Virus record (IMG/VR): IMGVR_UViG_3300013132_005385
Location: 32,001 to 96,000 of that record
DNA length: 64,000 nucleotides
Strand: one strand, 5' to 3'
Origin: a virus
Under the pieces are notes generated by a model. It worked only from the letters and a program-made list of their open reading frames with translations, searched no databases and was not told the origin of the DNA. This document shows positions 18,638 to 27,348 of this stretch, piece by piece; positions within the stretch are counted from its first letter, which is position 1; each line of letters opens with the position of its first letter. Both the position numbers and the translations under genes were made by a program.

Positions 18638-20638
18638 TTATTTTTTGAATTTCTTTTCCAATTCAGCTGCTATGTTTGTCAGATAATCTGATCCATAACC
18701 TTTAGCTGGCTGTGATTGGTTCTGAGATTCGTCTAATTTTTGAACGTTAGATGATTGGTTTCTAAATCCTCTAGTAGCCCAGAAGTTATTGATCTGATAA
18801 GGGGTTTCAAGTTTATAAAACTTGCTTTGAGCAATAACCGAAGCTTTTTGAGTTTGGTTTAAGCTTTCCCAAATTGGAACGATATCCTTTGGCATCATAT
18901 CTAGGAATTTTTCGCCAGATTTAACTTGTTCAGTTAGAGCGGATCCCATAATTTGAATTACATCCGTACCCGAATTGTAATTCTGCTCGTTTAGAGCCTT
19001 AACGACCTTGTGTTTTTCGGCCTCGTTGAGAGATAAAAATCCTTTTTTAGTCTGATCGTCGACCAGTTTTAGGAAAGAATATTTATTCTCATTTATGATC
19101 TCATCTGTTTTTTGTTTGTTAACAGATTCTATGAGTTGATCTACTTTTTCAGTTAATGAAGAGTAATCTCCAGAAAGTTTTGAGGTTCTTTTTCCTTCTT
19201 TAACAGATTCTGAAACCTCTTCAACCAAAGAATTTTCTTTGGACTTTTTACCTTTATTTAAAGATTCTGCTACATATTCAGTGAATCCTATATTAGTAGA
19301 AAGTTTTTCAGCTAAATAGTCAGAATAGGAAATAGTTCTATCAAGGTTTTCTGCGATATACTCAGAGTATGAAATGTTTTTGTCTAAGTTTTCAGCAAGA
19401 TACTCAGAGTATGAAATATTCTTATCAAGGTTTTCTGCGATATACTCAGAGTATGAAATGTTTTTGTCTAAGTTTTCAGCAAGATACTCAGTGTAGGAAA
19501 TATTTTGGTCTAAACTCTCAGCAAGATACTCAGAGTATGAAATATTTTTATCCAAGTTCTCAGCAAGGTATTTGCTATAAGAAATATTTTTATCTAAATT
19601 TTCTCCCAAATACTCAGAGTAGGAGATGTTATTATCTACGTGCTCTGCTATGTACTTAGAATACGAAATTGCCTTATCTAGGTTTTCAGCTAAATACTTG
19701 TTATATGATATGGATCCTTCTAGATTCTCAGCAAGATAATCACCATATTTAATAGCAGTTTCTAAATTTTCAGCAAGATAATCTGCGTATTTTTCTAGCT
19801 TCGCCACTCTCGCTGCTAACTTGGAATCTGTTCCTGCTTGTGAACTTTCGTTTAGTGGAGCAGTTTTTAATTTGGCAACCTGACTTTTGATACCCTCCAT
19901 TTCTTTTTTCAAAATGAGAGAATATTCATTAAGCTCTTCGGCTGTAACAAAATTTTGGTCCATATTTTTTGGTTTATTTGAGCTTTCTTTTAGTAGTTTC
20001 TCTATCTTTTCTACGTCTTTGATTCTATATATCTGAACGTTTGAATTTTTCTCCAGCCCCATGCTTTCATTGATATTGGAGAGAGACGATATAATAGAAG
20101 ATTCCATTGATCCTTGAAGAGCCTGCATTCCTAAGCTTTCATATACTCTTTCAAGTTCAGCTGCTTTTCCAAATCCGCCATCAGCAACAAGATCATAAGT
20201 AAAGATCTTTTTAATCTCTACCTTTTTATTCTCTTGTACTGATCCAGCTGCTCTGGATGAAATAGAGATAGGAATTCCTGCATCAACTAGGCTTTTAGCA
20301 ATTTTACCAGCAGGGGTATCGAGCAATTTCACTCTAATTCTTACTGTTCTGTCACCTTTGTTATATTTAAGATCCTGTACTATGTGTGAGATATTCTTAA
20401 GTGAAACATCGAATTCTTTAGGGTGATCCAATTCACCAACTAATCTTTTGGAATTAATTTTATCTTGAAGATATTCCATATGAGGAAGGTATTCTTGCTC
20501 CTCATATATTCTTCTGTTTTCGTTCTCTTTCCCAAAAACAGCAGCTACACCTTCAAGGATGTAATCTTTGCCGCTTTTTTTAGCAGTCAAATTAGAGCTT
20601 GACTTTTCGAGAATCAGTATGTAATCCTTATCTTTCAT
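18638..20638 (-). CDS. gp21: prohead protease (gp21-like) fused to a repeat-containing scaffold/core domain (gp22-like)
   Basis: LEGV, N.NRRIY, GELDHP, ISH, LLDTPAGKI, ISSRAAGSV, TYDLVADGGF; followed by 13 tandem 14-aa repeats; GATATATA at 20654-20661. Confidence 0.88.
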   Translation of the reverse strand: MKDKDYILILEKSSSNLTAKKSGKDYILEGVAAVFGKENENRRIYEEQEYLPHMEYLQDKINSKRLVGELDHPKEFDVSLKNISHIVQDLKYNKGDRTVRIRVKLLDTPAGKIAKSLVDAGIPISISSRAAGSVQENKKVEIKKIFTYDLVADGGFGKAAELERVYESLGMQALQGSMESSIISSLSNINESMGLEKNSNVQIYRIKDVEKIEKLLKESSNKPKNMDQNFVTAEELNEYSLILKKEMEGIKSQVAKLKTAPLNESSQAGTDSKLAARVAKLEKYADYLAENLETAIKYGDYLAENLEGSISYNKYLAENLDKAISYSKYIAEHVDNNISYSEYLGENLDKNISYSKYLAENLDKNISYSEYLAESLDQNISYTEYLAENLDKNISYSEYIAENLDKNISYSEYLAENLDKNISYSEYIAENLDRTISYSDYLAEKLSTNIGFTEYVAESLNKGKKSKENSLVEEVSESVKEGKRTSKLSGDYSSLTEKVDQLIESVNKQKTDEIINENKYSFLKLVDDQTKKGFLSLNEAEKHKVVKALNEQNYNSGTDVIQIMGSALTEQVKSGEKFLDMMPKDIVPIWESLNQTQKASVIAQSKFYKLETPYQINNFWATRGFRNQSSNVQKLDESQNQSQPAKGYGSDYLTNIAAELEKKFKK
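19260..19789 (-). repeat. 13 x 42-bp tandem repeat encoding YSEYLAENLDKNIS
   Basis: Counted in the translation from YADYLAEN to FTEYVAES. Confidence 0.9.
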
Positions 20639-20692
20639 TTTCTGTAATTAGATTATATATCTTTAGATCTTTGGATTTCTTTCCTTAGATTA

Positions 20693-23083
20693 TTATTCTT
20701 CTGTTTCTTCTACTTCTCCGGATACCCCGTCAGTTAATTCTTCCATGGCCTCCGATAATTTTTCCAGATCTTCTTCCTTAAGATCCTTAATATTTTCTTC
20801 TACCTTAGAATTATTTTTATTAAGCATAGCCAATCCTTGTTTACAAGCATCCAGGGCGTTATCAAAATCTGCTGGACTGCCAGTTAAAGGATCTTTAGTT
20901 TTAAATCTAGGAAGAGCGGGAATTTCGTCCATGTCTGTTACGATATCTTTGAAGAATCCTGCTATACCTTCTTCGCCAACTATTCCCTGTATACTCGATT
21001 CTATCGATTCACCAGCATAGGTTTGAAAATTTTTCTTAATCTGACTCCATGCCGAAACTGCCTTACCGTCTCCATTGTCGGTATAAGTACCTCTACAAAG
21101 AACTAATGTAGACATTATTGCAAGGAGATCCTGTGATGATACCGTTCCTTTTAAACTGTTGGATAATCCCCTAGCCATAGCATTAACAGCAATATTTTCA
21201 ATATAGCCATTAAAGACTAAAACAGTAACCGGCTGTCTATCTGATCCTACCCATTTAGCTATTGTAGATCCACCTACAGCGCCAGAAGCGAGAGTAATAG
21301 CTCCAGCAGTAGTTCCTAAACTACCCGCTGCTCCAACTGCTCCTGCGAGACCGCTTGCCCCTAGAGAAGATGCTCCGAGTAGGGTTCCTCCAACAGGTAT
21401 AGCAATGCCAGCAGCTCCAGCAGTGACAATTACTGCACCAACTAGAATTCCAGCAACAATTGCTCCTTTAGAGAAATCCCCCCACCATTCACTCCAGCTT
21501 TCATCGTAATACACTGTATATGCACCATTTCTAACTGGCTTATATCCTTTCCAGATTATTTCCTCATTTTTCTTTTCCCCTTCCCCGCCTTCGTCTTTTT
21601 TAGCTTTGATACACTCGAGATCTATTTGTTCAGTTTCTATTGATTTATTCAAACACTCTTCAGGAATTTTATATCCTATAGTTTTGCTTTTATCCTCTTC
21701 CGCTACCAGTTTATATGACGGATTTTTTGAAATAGTTTGCGCAAATGAATCAAATCTTAGCACCGGAACTCCCTCGTTGAACTCAGCTTCAAATATTCTA
21801 TCTTTTAAATACTTATCAAATCCGATGGATTCTTTTGCTGCGCTGTCTATTGTTTTTATCTTTCTTTCGATGTCTTTTTCTTCCAGAGCCATAATGGAAT
21901 CATATCCGTCTTTGGTTAGATCTCCAACTAGACTGATGTCTTTGTTTTTATTGAGATATCCAAGAATTATATTTACACATTTGGATGTTCCCTTTCCATA
22001 TTTACCATCGGCTTTTCCTCTTGATTCTAGGAAAGTAGCAATTGCAGGAAATAACTCCATTATTTTAGTTTGAAGCTTTTGTACTTCTTCACACTTTGCT
22101 GATCCCACTCTAACAGGAAAAGTACATTTACCTGTCGGTGTTGGTGTTGGTGTTGGTTTTGTTTCGTCTTTAACTTCCGGTTTTGGAACCACAACAACAG
22201 GAATTGGCTGAGGTGTATAAGAGATCTCTGCTTTAGTTAGCAATAAATCTTTTATTCTTCTGTACTCTTTTTTCTGTCTGATTATTTCGTTAATTAATGA
22301 ATCAATCTTAACCTTATAATCTTTTCTTTTATATTGTGTTCCTCCTGCTGTAACTATCTTAAGTCCTTTCCTGTCTACCAGTTGAAGATTCTTGGCTTGA
22401 ACTAGTAGATCGTTTGCAGTTTTTTCAAATTTCTGAACCTGAGGATCCTCAGCCATTAATTTTGTGTATTTGTCTCTAGTGATTTCACCAGTGAATGCTA
22501 ATGCAGCATCCATCGCTTCTTTTGATCTATCAAAAGCAGGGCCTTCAAATTGACCAGACTCAACATTTGATTCCTCGCCTGTTTTACGATCCTGTTCGAG
22601 TATAGATGATTCTTTTATATTTGATATCTTGGTCTTCTTTAGATCGTTAGCCCTATTTTGAAGGTCAGCCTTAAAATTTCTGACCATTTCACCTATAGTT
22701 TGGCTAACTTTAGAAAATGCCTTTTCATCTTTCAGTATTGGCTCTAGAGGAATTAAATTTGATTCTATGAATTTTACGTTCTGCTCCGCATAATTTTTAT
22801 CGATCTTTCCTGATACAGCCAAGCTTTTTGCTGATTGCATTACGGAATTTTTAAACGATGCAAAATCCTTGGAAGATACAATTTTACTACCAACAAAAGA
22901 TTCAAATCCTTCCGGAGTTTTATATGCTTCCTCTTTTGAATCTAATACCATGGTGAATAGAGTACTAAGTGATGCAGTTAAATTCACTGCGGGATCCACT
23001 TTAGTGTCCTTCTCATAAAGTTTAGATGTTTTGAGCATGCTCTCAAATACTGGATTAGCCCCCTTGTAAATGTTTTGATTCAT
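20693..23083 (-). CDS. large virion/ejection protein with a PG-binding-like domain and a Gly/Ala-rich hydrophobic hairpin
   Basis: VQKLQTKI...ADGKYGKGT; long hydrophobic GAIVAGILVGAVIVTAGAAG...ASGAVGG segment; many xxE sites; ends EETEE. Confidence 0.5.
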   Translation of the reverse strand: MNQNIYKGANPVFESMLKTSKLYEKDTKVDPAVNLTASLSTLFTMVLDSKEEAYKTPEGFESFVGSKIVSSKDFASFKNSVMQSAKSLAVSGKIDKNYAEQNVKFIESNLIPLEPILKDEKAFSKVSQTIGEMVRNFKADLQNRANDLKKTKISNIKESSILEQDRKTGEESNVESGQFEGPAFDRSKEAMDAALAFTGEITRDKYTKLMAEDPQVQKFEKTANDLLVQAKNLQLVDRKGLKIVTAGGTQYKRKDYKVKIDSLINEIIRQKKEYRRIKDLLLTKAEISYTPQPIPVVVVPKPEVKDETKPTPTPTPTGKCTFPVRVGSAKCEEVQKLQTKIMELFPAIATFLESRGKADGKYGKGTSKCVNIILGYLNKNKDISLVGDLTKDGYDSIMALEEKDIERKIKTIDSAAKESIGFDKYLKDRIFEAEFNEGVPVLRFDSFAQTISKNPSYKLVAEEDKSKTIGYKIPEECLNKSIETEQIDLECIKAKKDEGGEGEKKNEEIIWKGYKPVRNGAYTVYYDESWSEWWGDFSKGAIVAGILVGAVIVTAGAAGIAIPVGGTLLGASSLGASGLAGAVGAAGSLGTTAGAITLASGAVGGSTIAKWVGSDRQPVTVLVFNGYIENIAVNAMARGLSNSLKGTVSSQDLLAIMSTLVLCRGTYTDNGDGKAVSAWSQIKKNFQTYAGESIESSIQGIVGEEGIAGFFKDIVTDMDEIPALPRFKTKDPLTGSPADFDNALDACKQGLAMLNKNNSKVEENIKDLKEEDLEKLSEAMEELTDGVSGEVEETEE

Positions 23084-23086
23084 GAT

Positions 23087-23848
23087 TTATTCATTATATA
23101 TTTTCGAATAGGCCTTAGAAATTAGATCTATTAGTTTTTCTATATATCCTTCATTCCTTAACTTTTTAAAGGCTAGATTTTCCACTGAAAATTCCCCGCT
23201 GTTAGCTAGTCCCTCTTTTCTTGATTTTAAAATTCTAGACTTTACCCTCTGCGTGTGATCATATAATTCCCTGGCTTCTTCCTCTGAGGATACTGATGTT
23301 GAAAGCTTATTTTCCAGTTCGTGTATATCATTTACGAAGCCATGAAATTTCACGTCAACGTCTCTGTAGTCTATTTGGGGATCTGTTGGTTTTGGGACTC
23401 TGATCCATTCATTACGTAGGAGTGAAAAAAGTCCAGAAGATGTGTGTGGTTCTTCTATATCCTGCACGTAAAGCTCAACGTCATGAGATCTGATAATCAC
23501 ATCATGCCTTAGATTCCAGATAAACCTCTGTCCATCTAATCCCTTTTTAACTAGTTCCACATTAGGATCTACCCTAGAAAAATCTATTAGAACGTGAATA
23601 TCAAGGTCTGAATATTTGGTCCAATTATAGTTTGCTAATGACCCCGTTAATTGTATATCAGCTATAGGAACATCGACTTTCATATCGCCAAAAAAATCTT
23701 TGGCTATTTCCAATAATTTTTTTCTTACCCCCTGGTCAAATTCGCCATCTTCAGTCCAGAAAGAAGAATTCAATTCTTTTTTATAGAATTCATCCCTGAC
23801 CTCTTCCTGTTCTATGATCCATGATTCTAATTTTGCTATATGTGACAA
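23087..23848 (-). CDS. Pol-beta superfamily nucleotidyltransferase
   Basis: LTGSLANYNWTKYSDLDIHV (GS...DxD), VELYVQD, GEFSVENLAFKKLRN; TTG start after GATATATA at 23865-23872. Confidence 0.8.
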   Translation of the reverse strand: MSHIAKLESWIIEQEEVRDEFYKKELNSSFWTEDGEFDQGVRKKLLEIAKDFFGDMKVDVPIADIQLTGSLANYNWTKYSDLDIHVLIDFSRVDPNVELVKKGLDGQRFIWNLRHDVIIRSHDVELYVQDIEEPHTSSGLFSLLRNEWIRVPKPTDPQIDYRDVDVKFHGFVNDIHELENKLSTSVSSEEEARELYDHTQRVKSRILKSRKEGLANSGEFSVENLAFKKLRNEGYIEKLIDLISKAYSKIYNE

Positions 23849-23895
23849 TGCTGGAATTTTTTTCTATATATCCATATTGTCTAACCAAAGGCCGC

Positions 23896-23918
23896 AAAAA
23901 AAGCGGCAGAAGCCGCTT
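23896..23918 (-). terminator. rho-independent terminator
   Basis: aagcggc-agaa-gccgctt stem with T tail on the minus strand. Confidence 0.65.
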
Positions 23919-23939
23919 GATGTGAATACTGGGTGTAAA

Positions 23940-24638
23940 TTAAAAGCTCATTTTAAGAAAGCATTCCATCGTCACCCTTACGTCTCCCTCGCAGTATTTT
24001 TTAATTCCCTCAAAATTCTTATTGTTCCAAAATTCCCCATGTACCATTGCCCCGTTCATTTCGTCTTTAGGAGAGCTTACTCCTAGAACGCATGACATCA
24101 GATCCAGTGATGTGTATGTCTGACCCCAAGCTCCAAAGGAGAATATTTCTGCAATATCCAGAAATCCAGTTTCCCATGGTTTTTTACTCCAGACTTGAAT
24201 CAGAGACGATGGCTCTATACTATTAATTAGCATCCTTTTCCCTAGAGTGGGGATATCAAAGTTTTTGATGGTGTGTCCCCCCAGTCTCCATCCTTTTCCC
24301 CGGGAATTCTCTAACACCTTATTGGTCTTATTTAGAATATCCGACTCATCGTCAGAACAAAAAGAATTTATTCTAATGTTCATATTTTGATCAAAAGCTC
24401 CCATAGAAACACAAACGACCCTTGAGAATTCCGCATGTAGTGCTGATTTTTTAAGCCAAAATTCGTCATCGGATGAATTTTGATCCTCTGGAGAATTTTT
24501 TCTTAGCCATACGCTTCTTTTTAACCAAAGTTCGTATAGTCTTGGGTCTGATGCTTCTAGATCTCTTAATGTCTGATATGCACCCGTAGTCTCTATGTCA
24601 AAAAATAGAGTGGTTTGAAGATGTTGCTTCGTTATCAT
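23940..24638 (-). CDS. DEDD 3'-5' exonuclease (PolB exo2-like)
   Basis: FFDIETT, HTIKNFDIP, SLD, YCEGDV. Confidence 0.85.
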   Translation of the reverse strand: MITKQHLQTTLFFDIETTGAYQTLRDLEASDPRLYELWLKRSVWLRKNSPEDQNSSDDEFWLKKSALHAEFSRVVCVSMGAFDQNMNIRINSFCSDDESDILNKTNKVLENSRGKGWRLGGHTIKNFDIPTLGKRMLINSIEPSSLIQVWSKKPWETGFLDIAEIFSFGAWGQTYTSLDLMSCVLGVSSPKDEMNGAMVHGEFWNNKNFEGIKKYCEGDVRVTMECFLKMSF

Positions 24639-24662
24639 TGATATATAAAATTAAAAATTACA

Positions 24663-24896
24663 ATGTCTGAATATTCTAAACTTGGATATAAAAACATATC
24701 CGCTCAAGATTCTATATCCAGGGGAGAGACTTTTGTTTCGGATACTCCTTCAGGTGATCAATTAACATATGGAAATTTTGTTAACCTTAAGAAGGTCGGA
24801 AACTGGGGAATGCCTGGACAAACTCTACAGAATATGAAAACAATAGAGGAGTTTTTAAAATCTGGAGAGATTGCGGGAAAGATAGTGGAAAAATAA
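24663..24896 (+). CDS. small late protein
   Basis: GATATATA at 24640-24647; internal MKTIEEFLKS CTS-like motif. Confidence 0.5.
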   Translation: MSEYSKLGYKNISAQDSISRGETFVSDTPSGDQLTYGNFVNLKKVGNWGMPGQTLQNMKTIEEFLKSGEIAGKIVEK

Positions 24897-24897
24897 A

Positions 24898-25698
24898 TTA
24901 TTTTCTCCATTTTTTATCGATCCAAAATCTTCTTCCTGTCTTATCCACTATCCCAATCGCTCTATCTTTCCTTTGATAGAATTGGACCCAATCCTGGAAA
25001 GTATTCCACTTTTCTCCCTGTTGATCCTCGTAATTATACCAGTCCTTAAATTGCCCGCCTCCTAGAACATAGGCTTCCTGTGGTATTTGTTTACAGAGAT
25101 GAAAAAGCTCATCTCCATGTTTTTCTATATAGACACAAGCAGGCCAAGTGGGATCGCAATCTATTCTTCCCAGAATCTCTGCTCTAAGATAATTTCCTAT
25201 GCCATTAAACCATTTTTGATTCATGATTAGTTCTAATATTGGTTTTTTGAAATCCCTATTTGAGATGCTGGATATAATGTTACTGATAAACTCGGGATGT
25301 TCTTTAACTGGATCTGGACCTCTATCCTGACTCCAAGAATCTGACCATTTCCATCTTGCGAATCTTCTCACATCATGAAGACATAATGTTCCAGCGTTCG
25401 AAGAAAAAATTAAATGGGAGTGTTTTGGATAGATCTCGCCTGGAGCGACGAATGCCCAATTGGCTGACATTCCCATCATGAAAAACATCGAGAGATTTTT
25501 GCCTCCAAAATCAAAGGTCATTCTGAGTTCTTTTCCTCTGCTGTCAGCTTTAATCTTAAATTGTAAGTTTTCGTTGAGCGGGGAAAGATCTGTATTAGAC
25601 TTCTTTTCTTCGCTTTTTCTGGCAGATCTGTAATAGATCCCAGAGGATTTGGAGTTGATGAACTCCGACATAATTCTTATCTCTGATAGTTCGGGCAT
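24898..25698 (-). CDS. nei: Fpg/Nei DNA glycosylase/AP lyase, NEIL1-like
   Basis: Catalytic MPE N-terminus, RGKEL, GMS, DVRRFARW, H2TH NQKWFNGIGNYLRAEIL, zincless finger DKTGRRFW. Confidence 0.88.
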   Translation of the reverse strand: MPELSEIRIMSEFINSKSSGIYYRSARKSEEKKSNTDLSPLNENLQFKIKADSRGKELRMTFDFGGKNLSMFFMMGMSANWAFVAPGEIYPKHSHLIFSSNAGTLCLHDVRRFARWKWSDSWSQDRGPDPVKEHPEFISNIISSISNRDFKKPILELIMNQKWFNGIGNYLRAEILGRIDCDPTWPACVYIEKHGDELFHLCKQIPQEAYVLGGGQFKDWYNYEDQQGEKWNTFQDWVQFYQRKDRAIGIVDKTGRRFWIDKKWRK

Positions 25699-25712
25699 AG
25701 TAATTTTTTACC

Positions 25713-25720
25713 CAAATATA
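25713..25720 (-). promoter_or_regulatory. Bacteroidota-type -7 element TATATTTG
   Basis: Matches TAnnTTTG, 14 nt upstream of the nei ATG. Confidence 0.45.
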
Positions 25721-25731
25721 GATTAAAAAAA

Positions 25732-26511
25732 TTAAATTTTATCAGGATCCGGTAAACTATTATCAAAAATTATATCAAGATTTATCCCATATGGATTCAT
25801 TTCGTCTCTGGTTAGAGTGGTTCCATGTGGGAGATAAATGATCATAGGGGAAGTACCCTTTGGCCAGGAAGAAGCCGCTAGAAAGAGAGATTCTTTATAT
25901 GTCAAGCTTCCCTGGTTTGTTGGAAATGATGTGCTGCGAAAAATTATAGGGATTTTATTTGATGCTGTTACACCGGGTAGCAGATCCTTAACTGAAAAAA
26001 GACTTGGCTTATCATCATTAATCACGCAGATCCTATTCTTCAATGAGTCCGGAAGAAGATAATGGAATTCGCAAAATCTCTCCATAATACCTTTTCTATC
26101 ACCCTGTGCACTACCAATATGGATTATTAGGGGCGATACGAAATCGGAAGGAAGCTTAAGTAGATCCATCATTCCACCTATAAGTTTGATCTCGCTAACT
26201 GCCTTTTCCTCTGTATTGGTATCAGTGGTTGAAAAGTAGTTACCTGATTTAATATAGAATCCAATTCTAAATTTTAGATCCTCAATAAAATGATTTATTC
26301 TTTCGATTTCAGAATCCGACGGAATGAAAGATTTTTCAAAGTCCCAATCAGTGATCTCAAAAATAAAACATGTGTGTCCAGTGGGGATTAGCTCCTTGAT
26401 CTTATCACAGATCTCTCTGGTGAGATTGACGGGTTTAGACCTCGACGGCCTTTCCAGTCTGATAATTATTCCCGTCCTCGTTTTTATTCCGTTATAAATG
26501 TTTCCAAGCAT
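25732..26511 (-). CDS. UV-damage endonuclease (UvdE/UvsE) homolog with substituted metal ligands
   Basis: IIHIG..QGDRK...RF....LP..LKNR..INDDK..FSVKDLL...IPIIF...W...P scaffold retained; ENDD changed to INDD and D.HH to RSTS. Confidence 0.7.
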   Translation of the reverse strand: MLGNIYNGIKTRTGIIIRLERPSRSKPVNLTREICDKIKELIPTGHTCFIFEITDWDFEKSFIPSDSEIERINHFIEDLKFRIGFYIKSGNYFSTTDTNTEEKAVSEIKLIGGMMDLLKLPSDFVSPLIIHIGSAQGDRKGIMERFCEFHYLLPDSLKNRICVINDDKPSLFSVKDLLPGVTASNKIPIIFRSTSFPTNQGSLTYKESLFLAASSWPKGTSPMIIYLPHGTTLTRDEMNPYGINLDIIFDNSLPDPDKI

Positions 26512-26559
26512 TATTTTCCCTGTATAATACTTTCTATTGGAAAATTAATAAATGTTTCT

Positions 26560-27348
26560 CTAAAACGCTTTAAATTCGTCTATAGACATCTTAGGCCATG
26601 ATTCAATTGCACTCGATGGAGATAGGTTAGCTATTTTTATTCCCCTATTACTTAGCTCTCTCCCTAACTGGGCATATTCATCATCAATGAGTTTCGTATT
26701 TCTAGATAAAACATGGTTTCCTGTTTTTGAAAAGAAGTGATTTGGTGTGAAATCAACACCGACCAAACCAATCTTTGATGCCCCCAACTGGTAAGCAACT
26801 ATCACCGCCATATATGGGGAATTCATGGTGTAGTCAACTTTGCTTCTGTCATCTAAATTTAATTTTCCTCTGGATCCAAGGTTAATCTTTACTAATGATC
26901 TTCTATTGTTTAATACTCCAGGATCTATATGACTAAGAATAACCGGGGATTTTGATCTCGTGACCCATTCGAATCTTCCCCTAGAAAATGTTCTTTGGTG
27001 ATTAACAACAACCAAATAATTTGGCGTTAAAATTCTTTCAACATCATTAATCCCAACAACCAAAAAATCAGAGAAATCATTAAATTGGTTTAACGACTCC
27101 CCACACCCAGCAACTATAAAAGGTTTCCCCTTTTGCGAGTCTATATAATCTGGGGAAAAATTAGCCCCAATGTAAGTGTTTATGTTTTGTGTTTGTATTC
27201 TGCCTTCCAGTGGAACTAATGATTCATTTAAACCTTCTGTGGGAATTGAATCATTTTGAACTTCATTCTTTCTACCAAACAAGAATGAATTTCCTCTAAA
27301 TATCTCTTTGGAAATCTGCATTCTTCTTCTTTTCTCTTCTATATTCAT
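26560..27348 (-). CDS. Maf/DUF115-like (sialyltransferase-related) putative glycosyltransferase
   Basis: FIVAGCGESLN, VVGIND, PNYLVVV, NSPYMA..VAYQLGASKIGLVGVDF...HFF. Confidence 0.6.
   Translation of the reverse strand: MNIEEKRRRMQISKEIFRGNSFLFGRKNEVQNDSIPTEGLNESLVPLEGRIQTQNINTYIGANFSPDYIDSQKGKPFIVAGCGESLNQFNDFSDFLVVGINDVERILTPNYLVVVNHQRTFSRGRFEWVTRSKSPVILSHIDPGVLNNRRSLVKINLGSRGKLNLDDRSKVDYTMNSPYMAVIVAYQLGASKIGLVGVDFTPNHFFSKTGNHVLSRNTKLIDDEYAQLGRELSNRGIKIANLSPSSAIESWPKMSIDEFKAF

Noticed and set aside
19260-19789. 42-bp repeats as CRISPR or iterons
   Set aside because: In-frame coding repeats with synonymous variation
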